Assembly (NCBI GenBank): GCA_948934525.1 | Contig: CAQZSK010000001.1 | Coordinates: 293,095-357,094, forward strand | Reading direction: 5' to 3' | DNA: 64,000 nucleotides | From: an uncultured Clostridia bacterium | Lineage (GTDB): Bacteria; Bacillota; Clostridia; TANB77; CAG-508 | In this document: positions 1 through 9,600 of the stretch, piece by piece | Layout: each line of letters starts with the position of its first letter | How positions within the stretch are numbered: position 1 is the first letter of the stretch | Notes under the pieces: model-generated | Databases searched by the model: none | Told to the model about the DNA's origin: nothing | What the model saw: only the letters and a program-made list of their open reading frames with translations | Made by a program: the position numbers and the translations under genes

Positions 1-1448
1 TTTTGTCTATTTTTCAGTACATATTTTTGCCAAACCCAAGTAAGAATGACGAAAGAAGCATATAATTTAGTGAACTCATCTTTTATCTCTGACATATCAA
101 AGTTAATAACCTCTGCATCTGATGTTATCCTACTCTCGCAGTCAAAAATCCCAAGTGAATTACCTTTTAAAAATGGTACTAGCAATTCGGCTAGTTCGTT
201 ACATTTTCCCCTTTGTTTTAACTTTCTCTGAAAGTCCGAAAGTGTAGGCATTTTCTTTTTTATCTTGCCTATAACATATTTTCCATTGTCCAATCTACCA
301 CCATTTTTTTCAAACAATGAAGAAACATCACTTGTAATTCCGTTTTTCACTATATAACTGATTTACTATTACTTCAATTTCAGTAATTTCCATTCCTGTA
401 AGTTGTCTGCCATAATTTTGACAAATCATTCCTACCAAATCCCTTATCTCTGCAACTTTATCGAGTATATTTAAAAATTTCATATTTCCCTTTGTATCAG
501 GTTCTAATTCAAATGGATTTATTCCTGATGATTTTCCTTGCTCAATTTTGATTACTTTTCCACCAAGCATTTTTGTTAAGTTTGTGTATTCACCGTTCTA
601 CATCAATAAAAAATGCACCACATCCGATTAGTAGCAATATTTCTAGCTGTTAATGTTTTTAGTGCTACACTTTTTCCACTTCCTGAAGTACCACAGATAA
701 AAGTATGTGGATTAGGAAGTGTTGGAGGACCACAAAATGTGTCAATATAAATAGGTGCATTGGTATAAATGTTTCTGCCTATAAATATTCCTGTATCGTG
801 ACTTAAATTCGGATTTGATATTGGAATTACTGTTGCAATTCCACCTGCTACCATATTTCGCTCGTAATTTGGTATTGGTATATCTCCAAGAGGTAACACA
901 GTCTTAAATCCCTCTAATTGTCTAAAATTCAGCACTCTAATCATAGCAGTTTTCTTGTTTAATTCACTTTCTAATATTTCTGTCTTATCATTTAATTCTT
1001 GTAATCCTTCAGCATTTAATGTAATAAAAATAGTTGCAAAAAATAATTTATCTTGATTAGTTTGTATAAGCATTCGTAAATCTTCTAAATCACCAATCTG
1101 TTTTTCTAATTCTGGCAAATGTAATATATTGCCTTGTCTTGAATAAGTTGCATATTCTGACTGACTTTGGACTAATTTCTTTGTTAATTGATTGATTGTA
1201 TTTCCATTGTTCGCTGGCTCTACTTTTACAGAAATATTGATATTTCCAATATAAAATAAATCATCTAGCCAACTAATCCAAGTTTGCTCAGGATATACCG
1301 TTATCACAAATATTCTTGAATATTTATTGTATCCTAAACAGATATAATCTTGCTTTTCTTCCAATACATCAGGTAGCAGTAAATCCATTGGATTTTGTAT
1401 ATTTTGAAATATGTTTACTTCCTTTATTTTCTTGTTTTTCTCCAACAT
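1..1448 (-). pseudogene. VirB4/TrbE-family conjugative ATPase, fragmented into at least 3 frames (1-~345 open off-window, 328-570, 603-1448)
   Basis: Walker A FICGTSGSGKSVALKT at the end of the 603-1448 piece. The next pieces continue the alignment with the intact 571-aa paralog at 50546-52261 (e.g. GINPFELEPD..., then KMPTLSDFQRKLKQ...LVPFLKGNSLGIFD matching DMPILEEFYELLGKEE...LIPFVKGSLNFFN). Frame changes occur near 340-350 and 571-602. Confidence 0.6.
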
Positions 1449-2145
1449 ACAAACTTTGTCCTCCTTTCAATAAATTTACATTTATCGCACTATTTTTATT
1501 TAATTCTCTAAAAATTAAATTATACAATTCATTTTCATTAAGAGTATTACATACTATTTTCGCTCTCAATAAATTTGATTTTAGTGAATTAGATTTTCTT
1601 TCTAGTTCTTCAGTTGCATTTTCATATAGTCCATCATAACTAATAATTGCATAATTCTGAATAACAGAGATTGTTCTATTTTCCATCAAGTTACTTAAAT
1701 ACTCCATTAAATAACTTTGGTATTCTGCAATTTTTAAATTGTTTGCTTTATTTTGTTTTATTAGTGAAACAATTTTACTTGTATCGATGTATTCAGTAGT
1801 AGAAAAAAACTGAATTGGATAATCAATTGCTAATGCAGTTTGTATTAAAGTATTTTCAATAGATTCTTGCTCTGCATCTGAAAGCATATTGTAATCTATA
1901 TTTCCTAATTTAACTACTATTGAATACCTATTATCTAAGCAAACAATATTGTCTTTTATTGAAATTCCTAAAATATCTGATAATTGTTTTCTAGTCTTGT
2001 TTTTATTTTTTGGCTTTATTGCTTCTTTTTCAATGGTTTTATTTTTAATGTTTTGATTTATATTTGTCTTTTTATAACTAAGATAGATTAATGTACCAAT
2101 AATGAAAATACCACTAAAAAAAAGAAACATTATTGCTATTTTCAT
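1369..2145 (-). CDS. membrane-anchored conjugation accessory protein (N-terminal TM; partner gene upstream of VirB4)
   Basis: N-terminal TM helix. The central region aligns with the 190-aa protein at 52429-53001 (IKDNIVCLDNRYSIVVKLGNIDYNMLSDAEQESIENTL vs LKDTTYIKIIKIKPINFNLKSELEKEAILNSYKLFL). Same position relative to the VirB4-like gene in both loci. Confidence 0.4.
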   Translation of the reverse strand: MKIAIMFLFFSGIFIIGTLIYLSYKKTNINQNIKNKTIEKEAIKPKNKNKTRKQLSDILGISIKDNIVCLDNRYSIVVKLGNIDYNMLSDAEQESIENTLIQTALAIDYPIQFFSTTEYIDTSKIVSLIKQNKANNLKIAEYQSYLMEYLSNLMENRTISVIQNYAIISYDGLYENATEELERKSNSLKSNLLRAKIVCNTLNENELYNLIFRELNKNSAINVNLLKGGQSLYVGEKQENKGSKHISKYTKSNGFTAT

Positions 2146-2432
2146 AAATTGCTCCTCTCATAAATAAATTTTTTATCGCGAAATAGATATTTTAAAGCAT
2201 AAAAAAAGAACTTATCGAAGTTCTGATCTTTTATTTTAAAAAATGCACAAAGTAAGAAAAATATAGCAACTATTCCAATTAGTATCATTTTAATTGGTGT
2301 TGGTAATGCTGTAATAAGAATAATTAAACTAGATGCAGCAAGTATTAAATATATCACTTGTCTTAAACTTAAATAGCCACCAAATATCTTTTCTTCTCGT
2401 TTTATATCGAATGGCACTTTAAAAACTCTCAT
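2142..2432 (-). CDS. TcpE/PrgI-like (VirB3-like) small membrane protein
   Basis: 96 aa. Short N-terminal hydrophilic part followed by two long hydrophobic helices. Sits directly upstream of the VirB4-like gene, the typical T4SS arrangement. Confidence 0.4.
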   Translation of the reverse strand: MRVFKVPFDIKREEKIFGGYLSLRQVIYLILAASSLIILITALPTPIKMILIGIVAIFFLLCAFFKIKDQNFDKFFFYALKYLFRDKKFIYERSNL

Positions 2433-2454
2433 AATACAGTCCTCCTAACTTCCT

Positions 2455-2821
2455 AAAAGACTACCTGTGTTGTTTGTAGCAATATTGATAATAATTCCAG
2501 CAATAATTAGACTTGCACCGTAAGACTACCCCTCCGCCACAAATCCAAGCAAGACTTCCAATACTTTCAGCTCGCTTTTGTGGATTATTAGCATTAGCAA
2601 TCATTTTTATTGCTGCTACTACTATACTTGCAAAAATTAAAACACCGACCTAATGGCATTGCAATACTTGTAATAACCCTTTTTATATTGTCAGTAGCTG
2701 TCTGAACTTCTGCTGTACCAATTCCTGTAGCCAAGCATATATTAGTAGTTCGTATCATAAATAAAGTAAGCATCGCTCCTATTGTTGATAATTTTGTAAT
2801 CAATTTGTTTTTCTTTTTCAT
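2455..2821 (-). pseudogene. VirB2/TrbC-like T4SS pilin, frameshifted
   Basis: MKKKNKLITKLSTIGAMLTLFMI signal/TM then ...SIAMPLG. A second frame continues VLIFASIVVAAIKMIANANNPQKRAESIGSLAWICGGG (second hydrophobic helix). The frame break is near 2645-2650. Confidence 0.4.
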
Positions 2822-2880
2822 GATTCATCCTCCTATACAATTTATTTTTGAAGGACAAATTGTAAGGAAAACATTATTAT

Positions 2881-3123
2881 CTAATTATTGAATATACAAA
2901 ATAAATATGGTAAAGTAAGTATAAAAATAATGGTTATCACTAAAATTGGTACTACCTTTAAGAATTTACTTTTTATTTTTTGTGATTTTATCAAGCAACC
3001 TATTGCTAATATAATTAGTGATAATATCAAAATAGATGTAAGACTTATTAAAATTGCTATAAACCCTACAAGAAAAACTGAAGATACTATATTTTCAAAA
3101 TTATTTATATAATTATCTATCAT
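2881..3123 (-). CDS. small hydrophobic membrane protein (mobile-element associated)
   Basis: 80 aa, two TM helices, sits within the T4SS remnant. Confidence 0.3.
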   Translation of the reverse strand: MIDNYINNFENIVSSVFLVGFIAILISLTSILILSLIILAIGCLIKSQKIKSKFLKVVPILVITIIFILTLPYLFCIFNN

Positions 3124-3127
3124 TTAT

Positions 3128-3820
3128 TCACATCCTGGCATATTTATTGATAATTGCTTGTTTAAAATAATTCAAAAAATCACTTGCATTATGTTCTTTG
3201 CAAGTGATATATAAATTTATCAGTATTTCTCTTTCTATTTTACTTAAAATATTTTGAAAATTACTATTGTAGATACTATATAGGGTAAAAATAATATCTT
3301 TTAGCTTTTCAATATTCTCTTGGTTCATATTCTTTAGTATTTCTTGTGTATAAATAAATTCTAGCTTTGATAAGCATAAATAAAATTGCTTTGAAATCTC
3401 GCTACTATTATTTATAATTAAAATAAATAAATCATCTTTATTATATTTTATATTATTATCTTGTACTTTTTGATACATAGGGTATGTACTTTTTAGTACA
3501 CAGGGGTATGTATTTTTTTGTACATAGGGTGTGTCATTTATATATATTCTTCTTTCTATGATTTCTTTCTTATCATTCTTTATTAACTCTATTTGTATAT
3601 ATCCTAACTTTTCCAAATGCGAAATCCACTGCGATGCTGTATGATTAGTTACATCATACAAACTGGCAAAGTATTTATTACTAGCAAAACAATATCCCAA
3701 CCTATTCGTTAATGAAGTTATTTCTCCATATAATAGCTTTTCCGCCGATTTTAGTTTATTATCATAGCGAATTGTAGCAGGAATGATGGAATAATAACTA
3801 ATTTGATTTTCTTCGTTCAT
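3128..3820 (-). CDS. HTH replication-initiator / replisome-organizer-like protein of mobile element
   Basis: The N-terminus YYSIIPATIRYDNKLKSAEKLLYGEITSL...GYCFASNKYFASLY...SQWISHLEKLGYI is characteristic of the HTH Rep/DnaD-N-terminal-like family common in Firmicutes ICEs and phages. RBS GGAGG lies upstream. Confidence 0.45.
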   Translation of the reverse strand: MNEENQISYYSIIPATIRYDNKLKSAEKLLYGEITSLTNRLGYCFASNKYFASLYDVTNHTASQWISHLEKLGYIQIELIKNDKKEIIERRIYINDTPYVQKNTYPCVLKSTYPMYQKVQDNNIKYNKDDLFILIINNSSEISKQFYLCLSKLEFIYTQEILKNMNQENIEKLKDIIFTLYSIYNSNFQNILSKIEREILINLYITCKEHNASDFLNYFKQAIINKYARM

Positions 3821-3956
3821 TTTTTACCTCCAATAAAAAAAGGCTCATACAGCCTGATTCTTTTAGTTTTTACATTCATACTTATTTTTTATTTAATTTA
3901 GGCACAAATGTAAAAATTATATTTAAAATTTAATAGACTTAATATTGCAAAATTTT

Positions 3957-3995
3957 GCGTTCCCCAATTTTTTTTGCGTTCCCCAATTTTCATAT
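3957..3995. repeat. tandem direct repeat 2x gcgttccccaatttt (8-nt spacer)
   Basis: Exact 15-mer repeated at 3957 and 3980, between the Rep-like gene and the tRNA fragment. Could be an iteron or att-associated repeat. Confidence 0.6.
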
Positions 3996-4120
3996 TGTTT
4001 TTTAATCTTTTTTAACTTTTATTAACTCTTTTTAAACTATTTTAAATTTTGAAAATTCTGTGCAGTTGTTGGTATAACTTCATTTCGTTGATTTCACTAT
4101 TCTTTCAGGTTTTATATGTA

Positions 4121-4170
<50 letters not shown>

Positions 4171-4171
4171 A

Positions 4172-4206
4172 AGTCTTCAAAGCTATTTGAAGGCTTTTTT
4201 TGTTTT
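4172..4206 (+). terminator. rho-independent terminator hairpin + T-run
   Basis: cttcaaagctatttgaag stem-loop followed by gcttttttttg. Confidence 0.4.
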
Positions 4207-4255
4207 TACAATTGTACTTATCTTTATTAATATATAAGTACAACTGTAAAATCTA

Positions 4256-6100
4256 TTACCTATTTTTTACCTTAAGTACCCTTAAAGCATTGATAATTGC
4301 AATTACCGAAACACCTACATCTGCAAATACAGCTTCCCACATAGTAGATATTCCAAAAGCACTTAGCACTAAAACTAATACTTTTATAAAAATGGCAAAT
4401 ACAATGTTTTGCTTTACAATGTTCATTGTTTTCTTAGCTAGCTGAATTGCATTTACAATTTTAGATGGTTCATCTGTCATAAGTACTACATCTGCTGTTT
4501 CTATAGCTGCATCTGATCCTAATGCTCCCATAGCTATTCCAATATCAGAAATTGCTAAAACTGGTGCATCATTAATCCCATCCCCTACAAATACTAATTT
4601 TCCTTTTTCACTTTTTTCTCTTAATAATTCTTCTACTTTTTCTACTTTTCCAGTTGGAAGTAGCTCTGTATAAGCCTTATCTATAGCTAACTCTTTAGCT
4701 ACTTTTTCTCCCACTTCTTTCTTGTCACCTGTCAGCATAATAGTTTGTTTAATATGATTTTTCTTTAACTCTTGAATTGCTTGTTTTGCATCTTGTTTTA
4801 TCCTATCTGCAATTACAAGATAGCCTGCATATCTTCCATCTATTGCTACATACAAAATAGTTCCTATCTCGTTGCATTTAGCAAAATTGATTTGTTTTTC
4901 CCTCATTAATTTTTCATTGCCCACTAATACTTCTTGCTCTTCTATTTTAGCAACAATTCCTAAACCAGATAATTCTTCTGTCTTAATAATTTGCTTCTCA
5001 TCAATTTCCTTTCCATAAGCCCTCTTAACAGATAAGGAAATAGGATGATTTGAATAATTTTCAGCATATGCTGTTATCTTTAAAAGTTCTTCCTTGCTTA
5101 TCCCTACAGCCTCTATTTTCTGTACTTCAAAAATGCCTTCTGTTAATGTTCCCGTTTTATCAAATACCACAATTTCAGTATTTGCCAATTGTTCTAAATA
5201 ATTACTCCCTTTTATCAAAACTCCCATTTTGGATGCTCCACCAATTCCACCAAAAAAGCTTAATGGAATGGAGATAACTAAAGCACAAGGACAAGATACT
5301 ACAAGAAATGATAAAGCCCTATATAACCAATCTGAGAAAGTAGCATTTGAAATAATGAGAGGAGGCAATATCGCAAGAACGACTGCTATTATGACAACAA
5401 CAGGTGTATAATATCTAGCAAACTTTGTAATAAAATTTTCTGATTTTGATTTTTTGTTACTTGCATTTTCTACTAAATCTAATATTTTGCTTACTGTAGA
5501 TTCGCCATATTCCTTTGTTACTTTTACCTTAATTACACCATTTAAATTAATGCAACCACTTAGTACTTCTTCTCCTTCTTCTATTTCTTTTGGTAAAGCT
5601 TCTCCTGTTAAGGCTTTAGTATCTAAACTAGTTTTTCCTTCTACTACATAACCATCTAATGGTACTTTTTCGCCTGGTTTTATAACAATGATTTCTCCCA
5701 CATTTACTTCGTCTGGATCTATTCTTTCAATTTTCCCATCTCTTTCTATATTAGCGAAATCTGGTCTAATATCCATCAAACTTGCAATAGATTTTCTTGA
5801 TTTATCTACTGCATAGCTTTGGAATAGTTCTCCTACTTGATAAAATAACATCACAGCAACCGCTTCTGGAAATTCACCAATTCCAAATGCACCAATAGTA
5901 GCAACTGTCATTAAAAAGTTTTCATCAAAAACTTTGCCCCTTATTATATTTCTAAATGCTTTTCTCACAATTTCTAAGCCAACGGTTAAATAAGATACAA
6001 CATATATCGTGTTATTTATCCATTCATTGGGAAATTTTACAATTAATGCTATAAAGTATAATGCTAGTGCAACAATAATTTTAATTCCTTTTTTCTTCAT
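4256..6100 (-). CDS. cadA: P1B-type heavy-metal translocating ATPase (Cd/Zn/Co type)
   Basis: CPC motif in VVSCPCALVIS, DKTGTLT phosphorylation motif, GDGINDAP hinge, 6-8 TM helices. Confidence 0.85.
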   Translation of the reverse strand: MKKKGIKIIVALALYFIALIVKFPNEWINNTIYVVSYLTVGLEIVRKAFRNIIRGKVFDENFLMTVATIGAFGIGEFPEAVAVMLFYQVGELFQSYAVDKSRKSIASLMDIRPDFANIERDGKIERIDPDEVNVGEIIVIKPGEKVPLDGYVVEGKTSLDTKALTGEALPKEIEEGEEVLSGCINLNGVIKVKVTKEYGESTVSKILDLVENASNKKSKSENFITKFARYYTPVVVIIAVVLAILPPLIISNATFSDWLYRALSFLVVSCPCALVISIPLSFFGGIGGASKMGVLIKGSNYLEQLANTEIVVFDKTGTLTEGIFEVQKIEAVGISKEELLKITAYAENYSNHPISLSVKRAYGKEIDEKQIIKTEELSGLGIVAKIEEQEVLVGNEKLMREKQINFAKCNEIGTILYVAIDGRYAGYLVIADRIKQDAKQAIQELKKNHIKQTIMLTGDKKEVGEKVAKELAIDKAYTELLPTGKVEKVEELLREKSEKGKLVFVGDGINDAPVLAISDIGIAMGALGSDAAIETADVVLMTDEPSKIVNAIQLAKKTMNIVKQNIVFAIFIKVLVLVLSAFGISTMWEAVFADVGVSVIAIINALRVLKVKNR

Positions 6101-6112
6101 AGCTCTTTCCTC

Positions 6113-6328
6113 CTAAATCTCCTCTATTGTTACCTCAGGATCTTCTTTTTTTATTACCTTTTTTACCTTTTGAATGATTTCTTCTTTTTCATCATATTCT
6201 AATTCCATTTTTTGTGTTATAAAATTAATACTTACTTTTTGTATCCCTTCTATTTTCTCTATTGTTCTTTCTAAGTCTGCAGCACAGTTAGCACAATCTA
6301 GTCCTTTTATCTTAAATTTACTTTTCAT
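6113..6328 (-). CDS. heavy-metal-associated (HMA) domain metallochaperone
   Basis: 71 aa with the GLDCANCAADLE (GMxCxxC-type) metal-binding motif. Confidence 0.8.
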   Translation of the reverse strand: MKSKFKIKGLDCANCAADLERTIEKIEGIQKVSINFITQKMELEYDEKEEIIQKVKKVIKKEDPEVTIEEI

Positions 6329-6340
6329 ATTCTTTCCTCC

Positions 6341-6703
6341 TTATTTTTTATGTTCTATATGTTCAATACCTATTTCAAAAACCTTCTTTATATGTTCATC
6401 ATCTAGCATATAAAAAACTTCTTTCCCTGATTTTCTACATTTTACAATTCCACTTCTCCTTAAAGTCCCCAATTGATGTGAAATTGATGATTTGCTCATT
6501 CCTAAAACATTAGCAATATCACATACACACATTTCATTTTGATCTAAAGCAAATAAAATCTTTACTCTAGTAGTGTCACCAATAATTTTAAAAAACTCTG
6601 CTAATTTATTAAAAATATTCTCCTCTGGCATATTTTTTCTTGTATGATCTACTACTTCTTGATGGATAACACTACAATCACATATAAACTCATTTCTAGA
6701 CAT
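6341..6703 (-). CDS. cadC: ArsR/SmtB-family metalloregulator (CadC-like)
   Basis: HTH region ...TRVKILFALDQNEMCVCDIANVLGMSKSSISHQLGTLRRSGIV with N-terminal Cys pairs (CDCS). First gene of the cad operon. Confidence 0.8.
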   Translation of the reverse strand: MSRNEFICDCSVIHQEVVDHTRKNMPEENIFNKLAEFFKIIGDTTRVKILFALDQNEMCVCDIANVLGMSKSSISHQLGTLRRSGIVKCRKSGKEVFYMLDDEHIKKVFEIGIEHIEHKK

Positions 6704-6721
6704 TTATTTCCCTCCTTTTAA

Positions 6722-6769
6722 TTGAATGTTTATTCAACTTTAATATTATTATATATGAATATATATTCA
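6722..6769. promoter_or_regulatory. candidate CadC operator palindromes upstream of cadC
   Basis: TTGAATgtttATTCAA (6722-6737) and a perfect 14-bp palindrome TGAATATATATTCA (6756-6769) in the cadC 5' region. Confidence 0.35.
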
Positions 6770-6854
6770 ACTGTCAATATCTTTTCTATTATTTTGTGAA
6801 ATTATTGATTATTTCTATACTATATTAAAAACCTAAAAGAAGAGTGAAAATTCT

Positions 6855-8372
6855 TCACTCTTCTTTTTCTATCACTTCTAAATCCTTAATACTTGGATCA
6901 TAAATTGATTTTCCTTTGTACGTAAACCTAGAACCATGGCAAGGGCAATCCCATGTTTTTTCTAAACTATTCCATGTTAACTCACATCCTAAATGGCTAC
7001 ATACTGGCTTAACAATATATATTTTTCCACTTTCTTCACGATAAGCACCTACTTTTTTATCTTCAAATTCAATTAATCCTCCTGCTCCAGGCTTGATATC
7101 TTGCAATTTCTCATCTGGCAATTTCAATTTTTCTATTGCCCATGAAGTTGCAACTTCTTTTACCATATTACCTAGTTCTTTATGGTTTTTAATAGGTTCT
7201 AATCTAGTAGAAGTAAATACTTCTTCATAAGGATTTTGCCTTTCTAGTATTTTATCTACAATAATATTAGCAGCTACATTCGAGGTGGTCATTCCCCATT
7301 TTTTATATCCTGTTCCTAGATATACGTTAGGCATTAAATTAGAGAACTCGCCAATATATGGGATTTTATCTAGCGAAATACAATCCTCTGTACACCAACG
7401 ATATTTTACTGTACAATCTGGATAATATTGTTTTGCAATTGCCTCTAGCTTTTCATAACTATCTGAAACATCTTTCCTTTCTCCCGTTTTATGTCCCATT
7501 CCACCTATTAACAGTAATTCTTTTTCATTATCTTGTGCCACTCTAAATGAAACTGTTGGTTTTTCGCTATTAATATACATTCCCTTTGGCAATGGCATTT
7601 TAGTTTCTATTGCAATTAAATAAGACATTTCTTGATACATTTTTAAGAAGTAGTATCCTGGTATATTAATAATAGGATAATGGCTTGCTATTACGACATA
7701 TTTTGCTACTATATTTTTACCATTTTCTGTGATAATAGTATATTTATCTTCTTTAGCATTTTTTACATCTGTTACTTTTGTTTTTTCAAAAATAAATACT
7801 TTGTCCTGTTTTCGAATAGCCCTTACTAGTCCATTGGCATATTTACAAGGATTAAATTGTGCTTGATTAGGAAAACTAATTGCTCCAAGAGTCCTAAAAG
7901 GCAAATCTACATTGGAAACAAATTTCGCTGGAAATCCTAAAGAATTTACTGCTTCTACTTCTTTTTTGATATTTAATAACTCTTTTTGCTTTAATGTATA
8001 TACATAGTTGTCCTGTCTTTGAAAATCACAATCAATATTTTCTTCTTTCACAATTTTTTCAATATTTTGAATTGCTTGTTCGTTGGCTTGCAAATATTGC
8101 CTTGCTTTTTCTTCTCCTTCTGACTGAATGAGATAATCATAAAATAGCCCATGCTGACTAGTAATTTTAGCTGTTGTATTTCCACTTGTATGTTCACATA
8201 ATCTATCCTTTTCTATTAATGCTACTTTCAAATTTGTTTTTGACAAATAATAAGCTGTTGTTAAACCTGTTAGCCCTCCCCCTATAATACATACATCTAC
8301 TTCCGTGTCTTCTTCTAAACTTGGAAATTGCTTTCTTTCCGATTTTACACTTTCTATCCAATAAGATTTCAT
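6855..8372 (-). CDS. FAD-dependent oxidoreductase fused to C-terminal Rieske [2Fe-2S] domain (YhfW-like)
   Basis: N-terminal dinucleotide-binding motif VCIIGGGLTGLTTA. C-terminal CSHLGCELTW...CPCHGSRF Rieske motifs. Confidence 0.7.
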   Translation of the reverse strand: MKSYWIESVKSERKQFPSLEEDTEVDVCIIGGGLTGLTTAYYLSKTNLKVALIEKDRLCEHTSGNTTAKITSQHGLFYDYLIQSEGEEKARQYLQANEQAIQNIEKIVKEENIDCDFQRQDNYVYTLKQKELLNIKKEVEAVNSLGFPAKFVSNVDLPFRTLGAISFPNQAQFNPCKYANGLVRAIRKQDKVFIFEKTKVTDVKNAKEDKYTIITENGKNIVAKYVVIASHYPIINIPGYYFLKMYQEMSYLIAIETKMPLPKGMYINSEKPTVSFRVAQDNEKELLLIGGMGHKTGERKDVSDSYEKLEAIAKQYYPDCTVKYRWCTEDCISLDKIPYIGEFSNLMPNVYLGTGYKKWGMTTSNVAANIIVDKILERQNPYEEVFTSTRLEPIKNHKELGNMVKEVATSWAIEKLKLPDEKLQDIKPGAGGLIEFEDKKVGAYREESGKIYIVKPVCSHLGCELTWNSLEKTWDCPCHGSRFTYKGKSIYDPSIKDLEVIEKEE

Positions 8373-8376
8373 TTTT

Positions 8377-9522
8377 TTAATTTCCCCTTCCTAAAGTAAC
8401 TTCTACAGTTATCTCTTTTTGATTTCTAAGTACTTTTAATAGTACCTTATCTTCTGGCTCTTTTTCATAAATATAGCACCTTAAATCACACATTTTTTCT
8501 AATTCATTTCCATCTATTGACACTAAGATATCTTTTTCTCTTAGCCCTGCTTTTGCTGCAGGCGAATTATTTTTAACTTGTACCACATAAATTCCTTTTG
8601 TTAATCTTAAATTGCTATTTAAATAAGGTATTACATTTTTGTCATAAGCAAAAATTCCTAAAGTGGCTTCTTCAAATTTATCTTCGGTTTTAAATTTCTG
8701 TACAATTGCTTTTACAGTATTAATTGGTACTGCAAATCCTATGCCTTCTGCTGAAGTAATTTTTACACTATTAATTCCAATCACTTCTCCTTGTGCATTT
8801 ATAAGTGGACCTCCACTATTTCCTGGATTAATGGTAGCATCCGTTTGGATCAAATCTTCCATATAAGATGATTTGTTTTCTTCTTCAATTGTAATGGTGC
8901 GATTAACTGCACTTACAATTCCAGAGGTAACAGTTCTTTGAAATTCATAACCAATGGGATTTCCAATAGCATATACTTTTTCTCCTACTTTTACAGTAGA
9001 AGAATTTCCAAAAGTAACATAGTTTAAATTTTTGGCATTAATTTTAACAATTGCTAAATCAATATCAGAATCTGACCAGACAACATTTGCTTTATAACTT
9101 TTTCCGTTTGGCAAAGTAACATAGCATGTAGTATATTTTGCTCCTGATACATGTTCATTTGTTAAGATATATCCATTATCTGTCACTATCATTCCTGTTC
9201 CAAGTCCCAAACTTGAACTTCCATTTTCTAAAAAGACAGTATTTCCTGTATTTTTTAGCTTTGAAATCCCTACTACACATTCATTTACTTGTTCTAATAC
9301 TTGGGTAATTGTTTTATTTTCTTGATTTACTTGCTCTATTGTTTGTGAAGTTCTAGTGATATCTACTTTTTGTGGTGTTAGCATACTTGTATTGGGTAAA
9401 TAAATATTTTGATAGAGTAAATAAAGTAAAGCTGTAATAAATACTAATAGAACACAAATAATGACACTTAAGCAATAATTTTTAATTCTTTGCCTTTTCT
9501 GTTTTTTAAAATATTCTTCCAT
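8377..9522 (-). CDS. htrA: HtrA/DegP-family serine protease with PDZ domain
   Basis: N-terminal TM anchor, catalytic triad context TNEHV...D...GNSGGPL, and a C-terminal PDZ-like region. Confidence 0.8.
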   Translation of the reverse strand: MEEYFKKQKRQRIKNYCLSVIICVLLVFITALLYLLYQNIYLPNTSMLTPQKVDITRTSQTIEQVNQENKTITQVLEQVNECVVGISKLKNTGNTVFLENGSSSLGLGTGMIVTDNGYILTNEHVSGAKYTTCYVTLPNGKSYKANVVWSDSDIDLAIVKINAKNLNYVTFGNSSTVKVGEKVYAIGNPIGYEFQRTVTSGIVSAVNRTITIEEENKSSYMEDLIQTDATINPGNSGGPLINAQGEVIGINSVKITSAEGIGFAVPINTVKAIVQKFKTEDKFEEATLGIFAYDKNVIPYLNSNLRLTKGIYVVQVKNNSPAAKAGLREKDILVSIDGNELEKMCDLRCYIYEKEPEDKVLLKVLRNQKEITVEVTLGRGN

Positions 9523-9600
9523 TTAATATCCCTCAAAAATAAAAAATAGTATCAATTCAATTTGAATTAATACTATTTTTTCCAATTTTGTAATTTTTAA

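Noticed and set aside
46-231. Plus-strand 61-aa ORF at the window start
   Set aside because: The opposite strand encodes the C-terminal part of the VirB4-like ATPase (alignment with the 571-aa paralog). No RBS.
1316-1639. Plus-strand 107-aa ORF overlapping two minus-strand T4SS genes
   Set aside because: Low-complexity hydrophobic product that overlaps the junction of two supported minus-strand genes.
5050-5651. Plus-strand ORFs antisense to cadA; similarly 7358-7546, 8663-8866, 9846-10037, 17577-17786, 19684-19875, 21146-21398, 25114-26725, 29428-30054, 46142-47987, 48571-49328, 51369-51944 and 54844-55080 inside or antisense to larger genes
   Set aside because: They are embedded in or antisense to well-supported genes with clear domain content, and no independent signals support them.
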